Positions 26,208 through 38,024 of a stretch of 64,000 nucleotides of DNA are shown here, one piece after another; within the stretch, counting starts at the first letter, position 1, and each line of letters starts with the position of its first letter. Origin of the DNA: Raja brachyura. Its lineage: Eukaryota. Location: the NCBI GenBank assembly GCA_963514005.1, contig OY740799.1, positions 11,904,001 through 11,968,000 on the forward strand, written 5' to 3'. The position numbers were made by a program, and so were the translations under genes. The notes beneath the pieces are model-generated. The model made no database searches. It was not told the origin of the DNA and saw only the letters and a list, made by a program, of their open reading frames with translations.

Positions 26208-26500
26208 AATTCAAGAATCATGAGTCGAAAGTGTTATACCAGGAAGAGAATAATGGAATTTTTACTTGGTGCAGCTTTACAGGTTTATATAATAATCAAT
26301 AGTGCAATGAATTAACAGTCAATAATGAGGTAACTATACATATTCGTGCAAAAATCTTGCACATAATCGTGCAAAACGGAAGTATATAGTGCATCCAAAA
26401 TAATTCCCATGAGCAACAGCTCCTGTGGTATGGTGTGTTTAAGGTTGCGGTGTGGTTCAAGGTCCTTATGATTGCTGGCAAAATTCTTTGATTCTCGGGC
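26208..26500 (-). mobile_element. L2/Rex-Babar-like LINE 3' fragment
   Basis: attcaagaatc tail...tggttcaaggtccttatgattgctggc; 26427-26474 matches 11051-11098. Confidence 0.5.
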
Positions 26501-26609
26501 TCCTGTAGCTGATGTCACTTTCTACCACCTGGCCATTCAGGTTAACAAACCAGCCCATAATGCAACCAGTCAGTATGCTCCTTACCATACACCTGTAAAA
26601 AGTTGCTAT

Positions 26610-27870
26610 CTTTTACAGGTAAGGTACCAGAAGACTGGAGGGTGGCTAATGTTGTGGCTTAATTTGAGAAATGCTGCAGGGACAAGATTGGGAACTACAG
26701 GCCAGCAGGGAATATCACCGGAGAGGATTCTGAAGGACAGGATCTATCAGCATTTGGAAAGTTAGGACTGACAGCGGAGAATCAGTGTGATTTGTGCAAG
26801 AGAAATTGTGTTTCAAAAGTTTAGTTTCAATTTTTGAAGAGCTGACGAAGAGAATTGGCAAGTGCAGGGTGGCAGATGTTGTCTACATGGACTTTTTGAC
26901 AAGGTCCTACATGTTAGGCTAGTTAGGAAGGTTAGATCAAATGGGAGCCGAATTGAACACAAAATTGGCATGGTGGAAGGAGGCAGCAGGCAGTAGTTGA
27001 AGGTTATAATTCAGATTGGAGGTCAATTACGAGTGGTGTGCCACAGGGATCAATGTTTGGTTCACTATTTATAGTCTGTGTTAACAAATGTTATGATATT
27101 GTTAACGTGGTTGGTAAACTTGTGGCTGACACAAAAATTGGTAATGTAGTGAAGAGGGTTATCTGAGATTACAAGAGCATCTAGATAAACTGGAGAAATG
27201 GACTAAGGAATGGCAAATAGAATTCAACTTGGATAAGTGCGAGTGTTACATTTTAGTGAATTAAACCAGAGCAGTACTTGTACAATATATGATAGAGCCC
27301 TGCAGCGTATTGTAGGACAGAGAGACTTCGGGCTACAAGAACATAGTCCCCTGAAAGTGATGGCACAGATAGATGAAGGTGAACAAGGCCCACCTGAGAT
27401 GCACATCATCAGTCAAAACATTGCCTATGGGAATTGGGGCATAATGTTGCAGCAGTACCAGTCATTGGTTAGACCTGTCTTGGAGTATTGTGCACAGTTT
27501 TGGTTGTCCAACTGAAAGGTTGTCATTTGGCTGAAAAGGATGATGAAAATTCAAAGGAGTGTTAACTAGTATTGGCGGCCTTAATTATAAGGAGAGGATG
27601 GGATTTTCTCCCCCGGAGTGCAGCAGGTTGATTGATGACCTGATTATGCTATATAAATCATGAGGTATGTAGATAAAATGGATGGACACTGTTTATTAAA
27701 GATAGATGAGTCTAAAACTAAAGGGTTTGGATTTAAGGTGAAAGGTATATGGATAGGAAAGGTTTATGGGCCAAATGCAGGAACATGGGACGAGCTCAGA
27801 TAGACATCTTGGTCAGTATGGACGAGTTAGGTTGGACGGCCTGTTTATGTACTGAATAACTCCATAGTCT
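26610..27870 (+). mobile_element. Old CR1 LINE, RT to 3' end, multiply frameshifted
   Basis: gatgttgtctacatggactt, agtggtgtgccacagggatca (SGVPQGS), YQSLVRPVLEYCAQFW. Confidence 0.85.
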
Positions 27871-29739
27871 GGATTAGATAACTGCAGTGCCTTTTGGGTT
27901 TTGCGCTTACGCTTCCCTGGCATACTTTTTTTCTCCTTTCTTCTGCCAGAGGAATAGGAGTAAGCTTTTAAACTTCTAAAGATAGTTCATGACTAGTCTG
28001 TAACTAACTCTGGCCTTTGGTTGTCAAAATACTCAGTTTCAAAATTAGGCTGACCTCACATTTATTGCCATTTGCAGAAGAGCTCTCCGACTTTCTCATT
28101 TCTGCTCAGCCTTGTATAAAGTAATTACAATCAGTATTTGAGCTGGAATTGTTAGTTGCCTTGCAAAATGGAGGGCAATAAAAGTCTTCCACCTTCTGAC
28201 GAAATCTTCCATATTCTTGCCTCTTGCAATGAATATCATTCTGTCACAGTGGTACAGCTGGATTTGCCAAATTCATCTATTTATGAATGAGAAGAGAGCT
28301 TCTGAATTGCATTTGTTCCTGTGACATTTCATTCCATTAACCGGATGCTTATTGCTGTACAATAGTTATTTAGGATTGTCCAGAAAGGGGAGATTTGTTT
28401 GAAGCTGAGTAGGCGGTTTTGCACTGATGAAAGAAAATGCAAAATGTTTCATCACCACAAACCTCATCTGGAATGTTAAATAACTGTGAGGTGGTTGAGA
28501 GGCATAAACAGCGCCTTTGACATCGCTGATTATTACAGCAATGATTGAAAGTTGAAGGACACCGTAAAACCTTTTGTAGTAGGGTGGTTCCAGGGCTTTA
28601 CCACTTCAGTGAGTTTTAACCCTCCAAGAACTGCTTCACCCTCTGCTTCCATTTAGAAGCATGTCGACATTGTAACTGTTTATTCAGGGAAGTCTGCTAC
28701 TTAAATTACACAATTTGTGTTTGTTCGATTAATGGGATATCTGGAAGAGAATTGCAGTGAAATCTAATCAGGGGTTTGGATTTATGAAGCGCTCTTGCGT
28801 TACAATCAAGTTATCTGACGATATTTGAAATCCACAATTAAATTTCATCCTCTACCTCACTGCATGATTTGTTTACCTCCTAATGTTCAGCAATACAACG
28901 TTACCTCAATCAAACTGGACCAGAGTTTCTAATCAACACAGCTCTTGGTGAGCTTGTTTTGAGCACAGATTTTAATGGCACTTATTTCAGTGGAACCAGA
29001 TTTCTGCTGTGAGCTAGTTGTTCTTAATAGCAAGTGAAGCAGCAGTGGTATAATTGGAAACAGGCAGGTTTGAGAGGACCATTAGACATGCCGACATCAA
29101 GATGTGATGGCCAGAGATGGGCTTTCTTCAAGGCACGATTGTTATCAGTATGTAGCCTCACTACTATGCAAATTTCCCATCTGAGAAGCTATGCTTGATC
29201 AGAGCTGATTAACACTTAAATCAGAGTTGATGTAGTTTTAGTCTGGGATTGGAATGATGGCGCGATATTATCTATCCCTGGGTGGCCGAATGACAAGCAT
29301 TTGAGGTTGTGTGTGTTTATTTAGCATAAGATTCAGGCTTGCGAATGGCCACACTTAGTAGCCGCAGTTTAAAAAATTCAGATGAAGGCTTAAAATACAG
29401 ATTTGGATAGTACTTCTGAGCTAGTCTGACGAGAGAATCCCAAACAGTGAAAAAAAAGTGTGCTCTTAGTCATCAATGGTTACAGCAGCTGTTCTTCATT
29501 TAATTGCGAAAAAAAAACCCTGAAATGGAAACCGAATCAAAAATCTAATTGGAAATGAAGTAATTTAACATAATTGATGGAAGGATTAGAGATGACGAAA
29601 GGCAGTAGCAGTTGTTAGACCCTAAAGGCATTTAAAAGTGCCAGGATGTATACGTGAGCCGTAACCTGCAGAGATATGTATCTTGTACCTCACCTCCTCA
29701 CTTTCCCTGAACACATAAACTGCCATATCCTGGCACCGC

Positions 29740-29951
29740 ACCCGCCTTCCTTTCTACTGGCTACACCCACCTTTTTCTCCTGGTCCCCATCACCTTCCTT
29801 TTTTCTCCTCTGTTCTCCTGGTTGGCTCTCCTTCCTCCCTTTCGTCTGGTCGCCATCACCTCCCCCTTTTATTTCTGCTGCTCCACTATTTTTCTCCTGG
29901 TCCATTTATTTTCCTTTCTCCCCCCCGCCCCCCCCCCCCCCCCCCCCCCCC
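29740..29951. repeat. Pyrimidine-rich tract ending in a long poly-C run
   Basis: Repeated tttttctcctggtcc; near-pure C run at about 29919-29951. Confidence 0.85.
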
Positions 29952-29990
29952 ATCCACTGTTATATTATGCCTGCTCACTGCCCCTTCTTA

Positions 29991-30322
29991 AGGGCCTGTC
30001 CCACTTTACGAAGAAATTCACAAGTTATTCACGAATTCTCCCTAGTTTTCCCCTTGATTCAAACTCGCAAGAGGCCATAGAAGTCCGTAGATATATCGTA
30101 AACCAGCCGTAGGTACTCGGGCATCCTCCCAACTTTTTTTACTCGTGGACATTTTTTTTTTGGCTGGAAAAAACGTCCCTGCTTACCTGATGCCCCGAGT
30201 ACCTACGGCTGGAATAACGAGCCGCTACGATGTATCTACAGACTTCTACGGACCTGCGAGTTTGAATCAAGTTGAAAACTCAAGATAATTAGTGAATTAC
30301 CTCGTGAAGTGGGACAGGCCCT
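29991..30322. mobile_element. PIF/Harbinger-type MITE
   Basis: TTA + agggcctgtcccactttacga ... tcgtgaagtgggacaggccct + TTA; extended palindromic subterminal arms. Confidence 0.88.
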
Positions 30323-33219
30323 TTATGTGATGACCCCACACCCCTCGATTGATCCTGCACGCCCTCTTCTCCTGTCAACATGTTTGACTGTTACTCTTCC
30401 CCACTCACTATCGATATTGTTCCCTTTTCTCCTCCCTTCTCTCTTTTTGCCTCTCTTCCACTCCGCTCATACATTTTGTCTCATGCCTCAGTCAATCTCA
30501 CTCTCACCTTCCCATCTACCTCAACTGTCAGCTACCTACCCTCCCTCCCAAAACTTCCTCCCTCTTCCTTCCAAGGCTGTTGCTGATGAATAGATTCTAT
30601 GGCAGTGAGACTCAGAACTGGGTGGCAGCTGCTTGCTTTTCACAGGTTGAAATTATCACCACATTGTTTTCAATCTAACATGAACGGGAGATATGGAGTG
30701 TTAAGAAGAGGAGATGAGAAAGGACATCATTTATTCCTTGGATTATAAGAAAAGTTATGTGAATAAGGAGGAAAGGGGATCCAAATCACAGAAACAAAAA
30801 ATGCATGAATAACGTACTGGATTTTGTTTGCTCTCCTATGGGAGCTCACTTTTTGGGAAATAGATAAAACATCCAGGAATTAAATGTTAACAACCTTGGC
30901 TAAATCTTCCTAGGAGTTTGGATTGGTTCCCATCCCACATTAAAGAATAAGACAAAATATTAAATAAACTTGGTAGGTCAGGCAATTTAGGCGGAGATAA
31001 AAAATATGGCATGTCTAGATTGGACATTATTAGAAAATGTTTAGCTCTGATGAAAGGTTACCAGCCTGAGACACTATCTTTATTTTTCACTTCAAAGATG
31101 CAGACTGACAAGCCATAGTTATTGACAGTATCACTTTTATGTCTGCTTCTGGCATTGAACCACTTTAGAAAGTGTAGAAAAGAATATTCAAGAATATTGA
31201 AAACATTAGGAATATTCAGCTTAGACAATTGGGCTTTTCTGTGGAGAGATGATAAAATCTTTTGGATGGGTCAACATGGGGGAGTCTAGATTGAGGAGAC
31301 AGCAAACAGTGTAGTAAGCAATATACTGCAGATGTTGTCAGAAACAGTTGACGGTATAAAGGGAGATCTCCAGAAACCAGGGAGAAGGCAAAATAAGTGA
31401 TTGGTGAGCCGAGGGTAAATGTTTTATAATTAGTTCGAGGACTCGAGTGTTAGAAGCAATAACGGTGTAAACAGAAAGAGAAAATAACACTATAAAATAC
31501 CAGAGTGAAGGAAAAATCTAACACTTGGAAGTTACGTAAATGACAACAAATAGCAAATAAAGAAAGCATGGAAAACGTGAAAAAGTACAGGAGACTCCGA
31601 TGCCCCAAGAATGGCATGGAAGGCAATGATGGCTGAACACCGGGAATGCAGATCACGTGACCAGCCGATCAGCTTACTCCTGGTGCATTGTCTGAAATGC
31701 TCGTGTGTTTCGCCTACAATAGCAGCAGCTGCTGACCTAGCAAATCTGAGTAAGATCTCAACTACATAAATTCAGCATTGAGGCCAGAAGAGTGAAAGGT
31801 TTCTGGTATAATGTTGTTTTGTAGGCTTCTGGTACCAGTGGAATACTAAAACAAGTTGGATATGAGGTGGGTTGGAGATACGGAACTCAGTAGCAATTTG
31901 AATCCTAGCGTACACTTCTTAAATAATCTTTCTCCTTGGCTTCTGTCAATGAGCTTATAATTTACTTACAATGAGCTTGAATTTACTTATAACTATATTT
32001 CCAATCCTGAAGTGCAAAAGTAGTTGTAGCTTTTTCCTCTCAAACATTGGTTAATACATACCAATATATACCAACATACCAACTATATATAGTTCGCTAG
32101 TATAAAATAAAACAGTTCATCAACCCAGGCCTATAATCCAACCCCCTATGCTTAGTGCACAAAATAGAATTGATAAGTAGTACATCCGTTTTGGACTTCT
32201 CTTGTTCGTTGTTTTCACCCCTTTGAAATGTGCAGACCCCTCCTGGTTATTGCCAGCTCTCCGTTCTATTTGCCCAGACATTTAAGTCTTAAGCCACTGA
32301 ACTACGAGGCACACACTTCCAATCCAGAAGACATTGGCAAGTATTATGGGGAATGGTTACCATGGCTTTTCTCAGCAGAAGAGCTGATTCAAATTATGGG
32401 CAAGGCATTCCCTAATGTGAGTCTGACCAACTTATTCTAGGAATCAAACAGGCTCCTTTTGATGATCACTCCTTTTAGATTTGTACATGCACAAGGTCTT
32501 CCTCCTGTCTACTGATCCCTTCACCCAGTTATTGCCCAGTAATCACTTCAGTGTATTGAACTTCCCTTATGAATTTTATAATAACTGGGTTCTGAAGTAC
32601 TTGGATGGTTTTCGAAGGCAGCTTTCCTGCATGGACTAACTGCTGTGCTGCTCATCGTTTTTGCCAATTGTCTGCTCTGTCCTAATTTGAAAATACTATT
32701 CAGGAATCTCTGCTTTGCACAATAACATTGCACAGTGGCATTTTAAAATAAAAGTCAATGATTTTACTGCTTTTGACCATGCATTTTCTTTTATAAATAA
32801 GAATTTATCCACATTCTTATGAATACTGAATACGGTTCTTCAGTGCCTCTGGTTTATTATGAGCCTTGCTTATTAAATTTAAGGAAAAAAAAATCACTGT
32901 TTAATTATTCATTGGTTGCAATATTTTGCTAAATAAATTACTAAAGTTAAAAAAAAACTACTCATAGAATGTGGATATAGTCACATTTCTGTACGTATAT
33001 TATGCCTTGAATTTATCCTTGGCCCTTTTCATTTTCCAATACAGCCATTGTTAACCCACCTGGCTGTAGATTTATCCTGGGTCTGGATCACATTTCTTGA
33101 TCATTATGGATCGCTTGCCACACTTGGCGGTTGTCACACGAGAGTCAGCGTTGTGTTATATATTATTTAAATATGAACATCAGGCACTGTGTCTCATTGA
33201 TCTGAAAGAAAGACACATA

Positions 33220-33450
33220 GTTAAAAGTAATTGTCAGACGGCGTATCCGTTGCACGAGAAATGACATTAGCAGTCTGAAATATACACCTCTCTTGCCCAT
33301 TGTTCTGCAGAATATCACTGCCAAGGTGGCCCTCATGGATCAGCAAGTTTATGTCTTGCAAGTCTGTGCATTGGACTGTGCAAGTAATGAATGCAAGGGA
33401 GGTCACATATCTGCACATCTGACCATTCATTCCACCTCTGGACACCCCAC
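33220..33450 (-). mobile_element. Possible RTE-clade LINE relic
   Basis: Minus-strand peptide DINLLIHEGHLGSDILQNNGQERC resembles the RTE SI..LI....LRW.GH....D.R.PK region; heavily decayed. Confidence 0.35.
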
Positions 33451-34723
33451 TGGTTCCAGATTATCTTGAGCTAAGGAGCCCAACATGCTTTGTGTCTGCC
33501 CCCTGAGCTTTATGTCAACAGTATTTCCCATATTAACCTGGCCCCATTCATTTGAATGGAGTCATTAATCTGTATTGAATAGGTAATGAGTTTCCTCTTT
33601 ATTTAATAATGTTTTAATTGATGTACATCAGATAACATGTTTTAAAAATTGTTTTAATTTTCAAAAAACAATTACTCTTTCTAAATTGAATCTATTTCAA
33701 TGGCGACATGGTGAAACAACTGGAAAGACAGCTCATGGTCTCAGAAGGCCATCAAGGTAGTCATGTTTCCCCACCTGCAGCCTCTTTGCCGGGCTGTTCC
33801 ACTCTGTAGACGACAGTGCAGTAGGTGGTGCCTAGACAGCTATCGAGAGATCTCGGATCTTGCAAGTGTCTTTTGGATCTAAGCCACATTGGAAAGCATG
33901 TGTGAATATCACAATCTGCAGTTATTGAGAACTGCGCTGTAAAACTAAAATTGGAGTGAGATGTCATAACGCTCTTGGTTGCTCAACATTTGATTGTCCT
34001 CATCATATAATCTTTCCAATCTCCATTACAGCATATAATCAAGGAGAGGTTTGTTGGCCAGCAGCACCATATGCATCTTCTTGATGCATTCAATGATTCT
34101 GGTTAACAATTGAAATATGATTGCATTTTGAATTATCAGATTGTATTTTGTATCTGTATCCTTGCGGTTTTTTCCAACTGTTTATTGCATTTGAATGGAT
34201 ATATTCCTTTTTCTATCAACTTTAAAGCTCGCTGCTTTTACTGATAGGCGGTTAGATCATCTAGACTTATTTTCTTTGCAGGTTTGCACGTAATATATTA
34301 TCGATACCACCTAATTTGATGGCTTTCCTCCTCGAAATAACTCCTTTTATCCCATAAATTCAAACTTGGTATCTTAGAGTTCTGTTCCAGAAGTGCTCGA
34401 CGTAAGATATAAAATCAAACATGAAATATTGGCCTAAATCATATGATGTGCTGATGATGGAACTACCTGTGTTCACCATTATTATTCAGTGAAACTGACA
34501 GCCAGGTATAGGTTAACATCCATACTGGTTTAACACGAGAAACGACAAAACTGCTGTTGTTGATTCCTATGTACTCTACTGATATCACTGTTTGTACTTT
34601 TCCAGTGCTGTCCAAAAAAGTGTTGTTATGCTTTGTTGAATGAGGTCTGTGTTTTTAACAGGCTTAGTAAACTCCTTTATGTCGATATCAGTATTGGTTT
34701 ATTATTGTCACATGTTCTGAGAT

Positions 34724-36056
34724 CAGGCACGTGCCGTCAGGGTAGGCAAGGTAGGCACTGCCTACCCTGACTAAAATTATGAAATGGCAATTATTAAATA
34801 TAAATAGTAAAGGCATGGGAGAATTATGCCTGCCTAAGAGATCAATCTCTTTGGTTGGCATAATTCTCCGTGCCTTTCATCCGCAGCACTTGTAACACAC
34901 GAAGGTCTGTGCAGCCCACGTGCCGTCAGCGCTGCCTGAGCCGTCAGTTTCAAGGGGAGCTAAAGGCAGCAGAAATTCTGCCTTTGCTGTACTGCGCACA
35001 GCGCAGCGCGAGTTTCTTGGCGGGATTTTTAAATGTGGATTGCCATTATTTTAATAGTATCTTAGGAAACAAAGAGTGAAGAATGGACTTAATGTACCAA
35101 TAACATGGTAAGTGCATTTCTTGGTGCTTTATGTTTTTAAATGCTGTATTTCCTGGGGCGGGGGGAGAGCTCCGTTCACAGTGTTTGGGCAGTCTGGCAT
35201 TGTGAAGGAGGGGATTGGGGTCAGTAACCCACTTGCCATGCTCCGGTCTGAATGCAGGTAGATGGGACTAGGTGAGAGTAAGTGTTCGGCGCGGACTAAA
35301 AGGGCCGAGATGGCCTGTTCCCGTGCTGTATTGCCATATGGTTTTATTGTGGCCAGGGATTAGCTCGGGTGGCTGTCGCAGCACTCCGGGCACAGACAGC
35401 AGAACTGGCCGCCACTCCTGAGGAAGGAAGCAGCTTGGGTGACTGTGAGTGGCCGCCGGGACCCAGCCACTTCAGCCCCTTCTGCTGGTCCCCACTCACC
35501 TCTGGCAGTGCTCTCTGTCTGAACATCTCTCACCTGCCGCTCGCCGGCCGGCTTTCCGCAAATCTTTAAATTCCGACAGCGCGTTCACGGGACCAGTTGA
35601 GGTTACTTGGCTGTGGGAATTTAAGGATTTGTGGGACGCGGTTGACATGAGCAAAGCCGGTGAACGGCAGGTGAGAGATGTTCAGATGAAGAGCACTGCC
35701 AGAAGTGATCAGAAGGCGCTGAAGAGCAGCCGGTTCTGGTGTCGGGTCCCGGCGGCCGCTCGCACCCGAGCTGCTTCTATCCCCGGAAGTGGCGGCCAGT
35801 TCTGCGGTCCGTGCCCGGAGCGCTGCGGCAGCGGTGAGTGAGTCTGATATGATCTCTGACCCCCTCCTTCTCAACACTTCTGCCTTCTCCCATATTTAAC
35901 CCCTGGCACAGACTCTGAACACGCTGTGAAAGGAACTCCCCCTCCAATTGGACCCTTGAATTAGTATTGTCATTCAATAAGATGACAACTGATTCAACGT
36001 CCCGGTGTGCTCCGGCTGACTGCCTACCCTGAGTAATTACTCACGGCACATGCCTG
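34724..36056. mobile_element. Non-autonomous hAT-type DNA transposon (about 1.33 kb)
   Basis: TIRs caggcacgtgccgt / acggcacatgcctg; 8-bp TSD tctgagat (34716-34723) / actgagat (36057-36064); subterminal actgcctaccctga repeats. Confidence 0.85.
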
Positions 36057-36081
36057 ACTGAGATACATGAAAGACTTTGAT

Positions 36082-36715
36082 TTCAATAGTTCAATCGTCC
36101 TTTATTGTCACGTGTACCCTAAGGTGCAATGGAATTTGATTTCCCATACAGTCACACCAAAAAAAAGCACCAAGACACAATATTACATAAAAATTAAATA
36201 TAAACAGCCACCACAGTGGCATGTGAGAATCCCAAGGCACACAGCAAAAGCAGAGACGCACAGCCATCAGTCCAATGTCCGGGCCACACACACGCTCCAC
36301 CATAATGTGACCAGAGTTGCACCGACCACTTATTGCCCTCTCTGCAGTCCCTGTCTGCCAGAACAGTCAGAAAGCCGTCAGCACTCACACCAGACTCCAG
36401 GATGCTCCCGTGGCATGATGCCCCCGCAAACACCGAGGCCACTGCACTCACGGCAATCCCTCCGAGTCCCCACCAGCGCTGGCAGCATCTATCATGCTTT
36501 CGGTGACCTCGCGCTCCTCACTGTGATGGAAGGCGAATAACTTTTACCTTCTTCCATCTTTTCTCCCGCGTTCGGGGCGATCGAACCATCCACAGTTTTG
36601 GCGCTGGATACTCTCGCAGTTGGCGATCAAAGCTCCCGCGCCAGGGGGCTATCGAGGCTTCCGCGATCGGGGCAGTCAAAGCTCTTGCGGTTGGAGCTCC
36701 CAGTTGGTCCCTGAC
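36082..36715 (-). mobile_element. Non-autonomous LINE-tailed element related to 12521-13666
   Basis: tcaatagttcaatcgtcctttattgtca tail; shared ctcctcactgtgatggaaggc block. Confidence 0.55.
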
Positions 36716-36754
36716 AATGCATGCTATCCATATAACGTGCATGCTACCCACGGA

Positions 36755-37283
36755 GATAGACAAAAATGCTGGAGGAACTCAGCGGGTGAGGCAACATCTA
36801 TGGAGTGAAGGAAATAGGCAAAGTTTCAGGTCGAGACTCTTCTTCAAATACTCTCTAGAATTTAGGAGATTGAGAGGGTATCTTATAGAAACTTACAAGA
36901 TTCTTAAGGGGTTGGACAGGCTAGATGTAGGAAGATTGTTCCCGATGTTGGGGAGGTCCAAGGGGTCACAGGACAAGGGGTCACAGCTTAAGGATAAGGG
37001 GGAAATCCTTTAGGACCGAGATGAGAAGGAATTTTTTCACACAGAGAGTGGTGGGTCTCTGGAACTCTCTGCCACAGAGGGTAGTTGAGGCCAGTTCATT
37101 GGCTATATTTAAGAGGGAGTTAGATGTGGCCCTTGTGGCTAAGGGGATCAGAGGGTATGGAGAGAAGGCAGGTACGGGATACTGAGTTGGATGATCAGCC
37201 ATGATCATATTGAATGGCGGTGCAGGCTCGAAGGGCCGAATGGCCTACTCCTGCACCTAATTTCTATGTTTCTATGTTTCAGA
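36755..37283 (-). mobile_element. PLE terminal fragment interrupted by a CR1
   Basis: gatagacaaaaatgctggaggaactcagc...tcgagactcttcttc|CR1|agact; flanks ctacccacgga (36744-36754) / ctatccacgga (37284-37294). Confidence 0.7.
36848..37280 (+). mobile_element. Young CR1 LINE 3' fragment
   Basis: YSLEFRRLRGYLIETYKILKGLDRLD; tail ctcctgcacctaatttctatgtttctatgtttc. Confidence 0.92.
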
Positions 37284-37894
37284 CTATCCACGGAAATCAT
37301 ACCATACTAGAGTAGATCAGGAAGTGAAAAAGAGGAAATAAGCAGAATGCAGAATATTGTGTTACAGCTACAGAGTAAGTGCAGATTTATAAAACTCCAT
37401 GGGCCATATCCAGATAGATTGGAAGACCCAGAATTCATCCCAAACAGATGAGAGGTCCATTCAAGAATCTGATAACAGCGGGGAAGAAACTGTTCTTGAA
37501 TCTTCTGGTGCTACGTCAAATACTGAAAATAATGGTGCAACATAAACAGGATTTAAAAACTATATAAATTTACATCTGAATCTTGTGTGCATGTTCCAAC
37601 CTTCATTTAGTACCCTGTAAAATAGTTAAAACATTTACTAAAAGTTCTATCCCTTCCTTCCTCATTGGCTGACTGCCAGAATTATTCTGTAATTGAGTGC
37701 TCAGCCAGCTTGATCACATGATAAATGGCAGGATTTAAGATTTCCCTTTGAACTGATTTCTGCAGCAGCATGCATAGAATAAGGGAGTTCTTTCTCAACA
37801 CACAGAGCTCCATCTTAGTTTAGAACTCCTTCAGGATCAGCAGTGAATGGTGTTACTTTACTGCAATGAACAAATTCCAGGCTGTCAGTTATGA

Positions 37895-38024
37895 CAGGAG
37901 ACTGAAGTAACCGTAGATGCTGGAATCTTGAGAAAAACACAGTACTGGAGTAACTGGTGTGTCGAGCATCATCCGTGGACGAATGGATATGTACCAATTC
38001 AGATCAGGATCCTTCTTCAGACTG
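37895..38024 (-). mobile_element. PLE terminal fragment (older)
   Basis: gtaaccgtagatgctggaatcttgag...tcaggatccttcttcagactg. Confidence 0.65.

Larger units (their letters stand above)
34690..37510 (-). mobile_element. L2/Rex-like LINE 3' fragment acting as host for four nested insertions
   Basis: The pieces ggtttattattgtcacatgttctgagat | acatgaaagacttt | tgcatgctatcca | aatcataccat...gataacagcggggaagaaactgttcttgaatct join into one LINE tail. Confidence 0.55.

Noticed and set aside
35344-36808. Cluster of GC-rich ORFs or CpG island suggesting a gene or promoter
   Set aside because: Entirely within TSD/TIR-bounded elements and an inverted repeat; the peptides have no recognisable homology.
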